Source: an uncultured Chloroflexia bacterium
GTDB taxonomy: Bacteria > Chloroflexota > Limnocylindria > Limnocylindrales > CSP1-4
DNA: 64,000 nucleotides
Direction: 5' to 3'
Assembly: GCA_963763775.1 (NCBI GenBank)
Contig: CAVXPZ010000003.1
Span: 480,001 to 544,000, forward strand
In this document: in pieces, positions 61,096 through 64,000 of the stretch
Position numbering within the stretch: the stretch's first letter is position 1
Layout of the letters: each line of letters opens with the position of its first letter
The notes under the pieces: model-generated
Database searches by the model: none
Seen by the model: only the letters and a program-made list of their open reading frames with translations
What the model was told of the DNA's origin: nothing
Program-made: the position numbers and the translations under genes

Positions 61096-62010
61096 ATGAG
61101 CGGCCGCGTCATCGTCGTGGGCTCGGTCAACCTGGACGAGGTCGTGACCGTCGCACGCCTGCCGGGCCCCGGCGAGACGGTCATCGGCGGGCGGTACGAG
61201 CGCCACCACGGCGGGAAGGGCGCGAACCAGGCGGTGGCCGCGGCCCGCCTCGGCGCCGAGGTGGCGTTCGTCGGTGCCGTCGGCGCGGATGCGTTCGGCG
61301 GCGAGGCCCGCGCGGCGCTGGCCGCCGAGGGCATCGACCTGTCCGGCCTCATCGAGTTGGCGGGCCAGTCGACGGGCGTGGCCGTGATCCTCGTCGACCG
61401 GGACGGCGAGAACCTCATCGCGGTCGCGAGCGGCGCGAATGCCGCGATGACGTCGGTGGCCGTCAGAGCGGCGCTCAAACGGCTGGCGCCGACGCCGGCG
61501 GACGTGATCCTCGTCGGCCACGAGATCCGCACCGGAGCCGCGCACGAGGCGCTTCGGCTCGGCCGGCTTGCCGGCGCGACGACGATCCTGAATCCCGCCC
61601 CGGCCGACGGATTGCCCCGGCCCACGCTGGACCTCGCGGACATCCTGACACCCAACCGCAGCGAGCTCGAGCGTCTCGGTGGTGCCGGCAAGCCGGCCGC
61701 GGCCGCGAAGTCGCTGTTGGGTCCGGGCGGGAAGCGAGCGGTCGTGGTGAGCCTCGGCGCGGAGGGGGCGTTGCTCGTCCAGGGGCGCCGGGCGACGCCG
61801 ATCCGGGCGCCGCACGTCGAGGCCGTCGACACGGTGGGAGCCGGCGACACGCTCAACGGCGCGCTCGCGACGGGGCTCGCCGCCGGGCTGGGCCTGGCGG
61901 AGGCCGTCGGCCGCGCCGTGGTCGCGGCGAGCCTCGCCGTCACGCGGCCCGGGGCTCGCGAAGGCATGCCCACCGCGGCCGCGCTCGAGGCCGCGCTCGC
62001 GCATCACTAG
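61096..62010 (+). CDS. rbsK: Ribokinase / PfkB-family kinase
   Basis: VGSVNLD, GGKGANQA, LNPAP, TPNRSE, DTVGAGD. Confidence 0.88.
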   Translation: MSGRVIVVGSVNLDEVVTVARLPGPGETVIGGRYERHHGGKGANQAVAAARLGAEVAFVGAVGADAFGGEARAALAAEGIDLSGLIELAGQSTGVAVILVDRDGENLIAVASGANAAMTSVAVRAALKRLAPTPADVILVGHEIRTGAAHEALRLGRLAGATTILNPAPADGLPRPTLDLADILTPNRSELERLGGAGKPAAAAKSLLGPGGKRAVVVSLGAEGALLVQGRRATPIRAPHVEAVDTVGAGDTLNGALATGLAAGLGLAEAVGRAVVAASLAVTRPGAREGMPTAAALEAALAHH

Positions 62011-62017
62011 GGCGTCG

Positions 62018-62951
62018 CTAGGTCTCGGCCGCGACCCAGGCCGTGGCGGCTCGGGCCGCCGACGTCATCTCGAGATCGCCCGCGTCGGTGACCCACCAGG
62101 CGGCGAACCCTCGCCGACGCGCGTCGTCCGTGATCCGCTGGTGCCCGCCGATGAACAGCGTCTTCGACCAGACCTCGGCCCAGGCGGGATCCGGACCGAG
62201 CACGGTCACGGCCCGGAGTCCGCCCTCGGCCGGTTCGCCGGTCCGCGGGATCGAGCAGGTGGTGGACCGCCCGGCCCTCGTGGACCCAGGAGCGGATGCG
62301 GACCGACGACGTCGCGACGGCGCCGGTGCCCACCGCGATCGCGGCCAGGGCCTCGCCGCCGGCCGGGTCCTCGATGCCCACGAGCCACGGCGCATCGCCC
62401 GGGCCAGGACCGCGGACGACGAGGTCGCCGCCGGCCTCGAGCAGGTAGGGGCCGATCCCGCGGGCCTCGGCACGGGCTGCGGCCCAGCGCAGGGCGAGCC
62501 CCTTCCCGATGCCGCCGAGGTCGACCGGCCGTTCCACGGTCATCCGCCCTCGACCGGCACGCCGCACGACGGGCCCGTCCGACGACGCGACGGCGGCGAC
62601 GGGTCCGGTCGTCGCGCCGTCCTCTGCCCGAGTCGGCGGTCCCAGCGCTGCGCCGGCGTATCCGAGCCGATCGAGCGCCCGCGCCAGGCGCGGATCGAAC
62701 CGCCCGCCGGTCACGCGATGGGCGCGGTCGGCCGCCACGAGGGCCCGCTCGAGTCGGCGCGGCACCGTGACGGGACGACCGGTGCCGGCCTCGCGGTCCA
62801 GGCGCATCAGGTCGCTGGTGTCGCGGAACCGCGACATGGCCTGCTCCGACGCCTCGAACTCGTCGATGACCTCCGCCCACGCACCTTCGGCCGCGCGGTC
62901 CGCGTCTCGGGCGCCGTCGTCGACGACGGTCAGCCGCAGCGGCGAGGCCAT
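62018..62951 (-). CDS. apbE: FAD:protein FMN transferase ApbE (frameshift at ~62245; start may be further upstream)
   Basis: MSRFRDTSDL, TGGRFDP, DLGGIGKG, EAGGD, VATSS, HHLLDP / RTGEP. Confidence 0.88.
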
Positions 62952-63043
62952 CGCGCGCGCCTCGAATCGGAAGACGCGCTCGCCCGTCCCGTCGGGCGCC
63001 GTCGCGGCACCGGCCTCGCGGCCGATGCCCGGTCCCAGCGCCG

Positions 63044-63470
63044 TCAGCCGGACGCTCCCGTCGTCGCGTGGACGGTCCTGGTCCTCGTGACGGTCCGGGT
63101 CGTCGTCGACGCGTGGATCGTCGGGAGACTCACTCGGCCGGGCAGGGCGTTCGCGGCGCCGGTGACCTTCTGGACCTGCTTCCCGAACGCATCGAGCGAC
63201 GTCTCCATGTCGGCCAGCCGTGGGGCGAGCCGCGCATACCGCCCCGCGGCCGTGGCGTAGGTCCGGGTCGCGTCGTCGAGTCGAATCCTCGAGCTCGTCG
63301 TGGCCGCGCGCCATGACGTCGGCCGCGTGGTCGGCCGGCGCTCGCTCGGCGATGAGGCGCGCGTCGGTCGCGGACTGGAGCGCGGTGACCCCGGCGAGCG
63401 AGATCGCGTACACGCTCGCTGAGGCGCCCACGAGGACCGCGAGGTGGACGGGTCGACGCGAGTCGCTCAT
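63044..63470 (-). CDS. Membrane-anchored coiled-coil protein ending in HATTGASG (frameshift at ~63280)
   Basis: N-terminal hydrophobic segment, helical stalk, Thr-rich linker, terminal TGAS motif. Confidence 0.65.
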
Positions 63471-63946
63471 CCGCCGTCCTCCGGGCCTTCGCCGTCGTCG
63501 TCCCCATGATGCGTCGGGGCCGGCGTGCTGGTCACGGTCTTCGTCTTGACCACCGTGACCTGACGCTGCTGCGCGGTCTGCCTCGCCTTGGCGATGGATG
63601 CCTCGAGCTTGGCGAGCTTCGCCTTGGCCGCCTTGAGCTCCTTGGCCAGGGCCTTGGCATTCGCGGCATCCGCCACGATCCTGGCTTGCGCGGCCTCGAG
63701 CGCCGCGGTCATCTGGATCGACTGCTCCGCGAGCGACCGGAGCTGCGTGGACATGTCGACCGATCGACCCTGCTCGGCCTCCAGGCGGTCCTGGATCGAC
63801 GAGACGGCGACCGGGGCGACGGGCAGAGGGGCCGCGGCGGCGGTCCATGCCGCGGCGGCCTTGATCGATCCGAACCCGAGGACGAGCGCGGCGACGACGC
63901 CGACGGTCGTGAGCAGGCGTCGGAGTCGGAGGGACGTGATGTTCAT
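63467..63946 (-). CDS. Exported coiled-coil hypothetical protein
   Basis: Signal/TM segment, Ala/Lys heptads, acidic HHGDDDGEG tail; GGAGG RBS; ATGA-coupled to the next gene. Confidence 0.7.
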   Translation of the reverse strand: MNITSLRLRRLLTTVGVVAALVLGFGSIKAAAAWTAAAAPLPVAPVAVSSIQDRLEAEQGRSVDMSTQLRSLAEQSIQMTAALEAAQARIVADAANAKALAKELKAAKAKLAKLEASIAKARQTAQQRQVTVVKTKTVTSTPAPTHHGDDDGEGPEDGG

Positions 63947-64000
63947 CCCGCAGGGACCTCCTCTCGTGAAGTGGAGAACGTCGGCTTCTTCTTGCGGCTG

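Overview
Very GC-rich bacterial chromosome segment. Gene content and many leaderless promoters suggest a Chloroflexota/Actinobacteria-like organism (inference). Housekeeping blocks are lon-hspR, a K+ uptake cluster, rsmG, csoR, hpt, a Liv-type ABC transporter, NYN protein, holB, acyP, two cyclophilins, threonine aldolase, tRNA-Asp, CapA, PIG-L, CaiB, ribokinase and apbE. They flank a ~22 kb accessory zone (26-48 kb) ending at tRNA-Arg(CCG). Main signals: (1) the 16-bp 3' end of the tRNA is repeated twice downstream (37863, 43151). Each copy is followed by the same short peptide, conserved mostly through synonymous changes and translationally coupled to a small HTH gene. A third decayed copy sits at ~40.1 kb and a probable recombinase C-terminal remnant reads into the tRNA. 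This looks like an integrase-less tandem cassette array whose att site swaps a protein C-terminus. (2) A ~180-nt candidate ncRNA next to the tRNA, with its own promoter and terminator. (3) A structured RNA upstream of rsmG, behind DnaA-like boxes, that is 19/20 + 10/10 complementary to the 5' leader of an AhpD-like gene 28 kb away. (4) An ApbE cluster with a membrane-tethered protein ending in a TGAS flavinylation motif. About 15 genes carry small frameshifts, most likely assembly errors. No CRISPR array, rRNA or intact integrase/transposase was seen.
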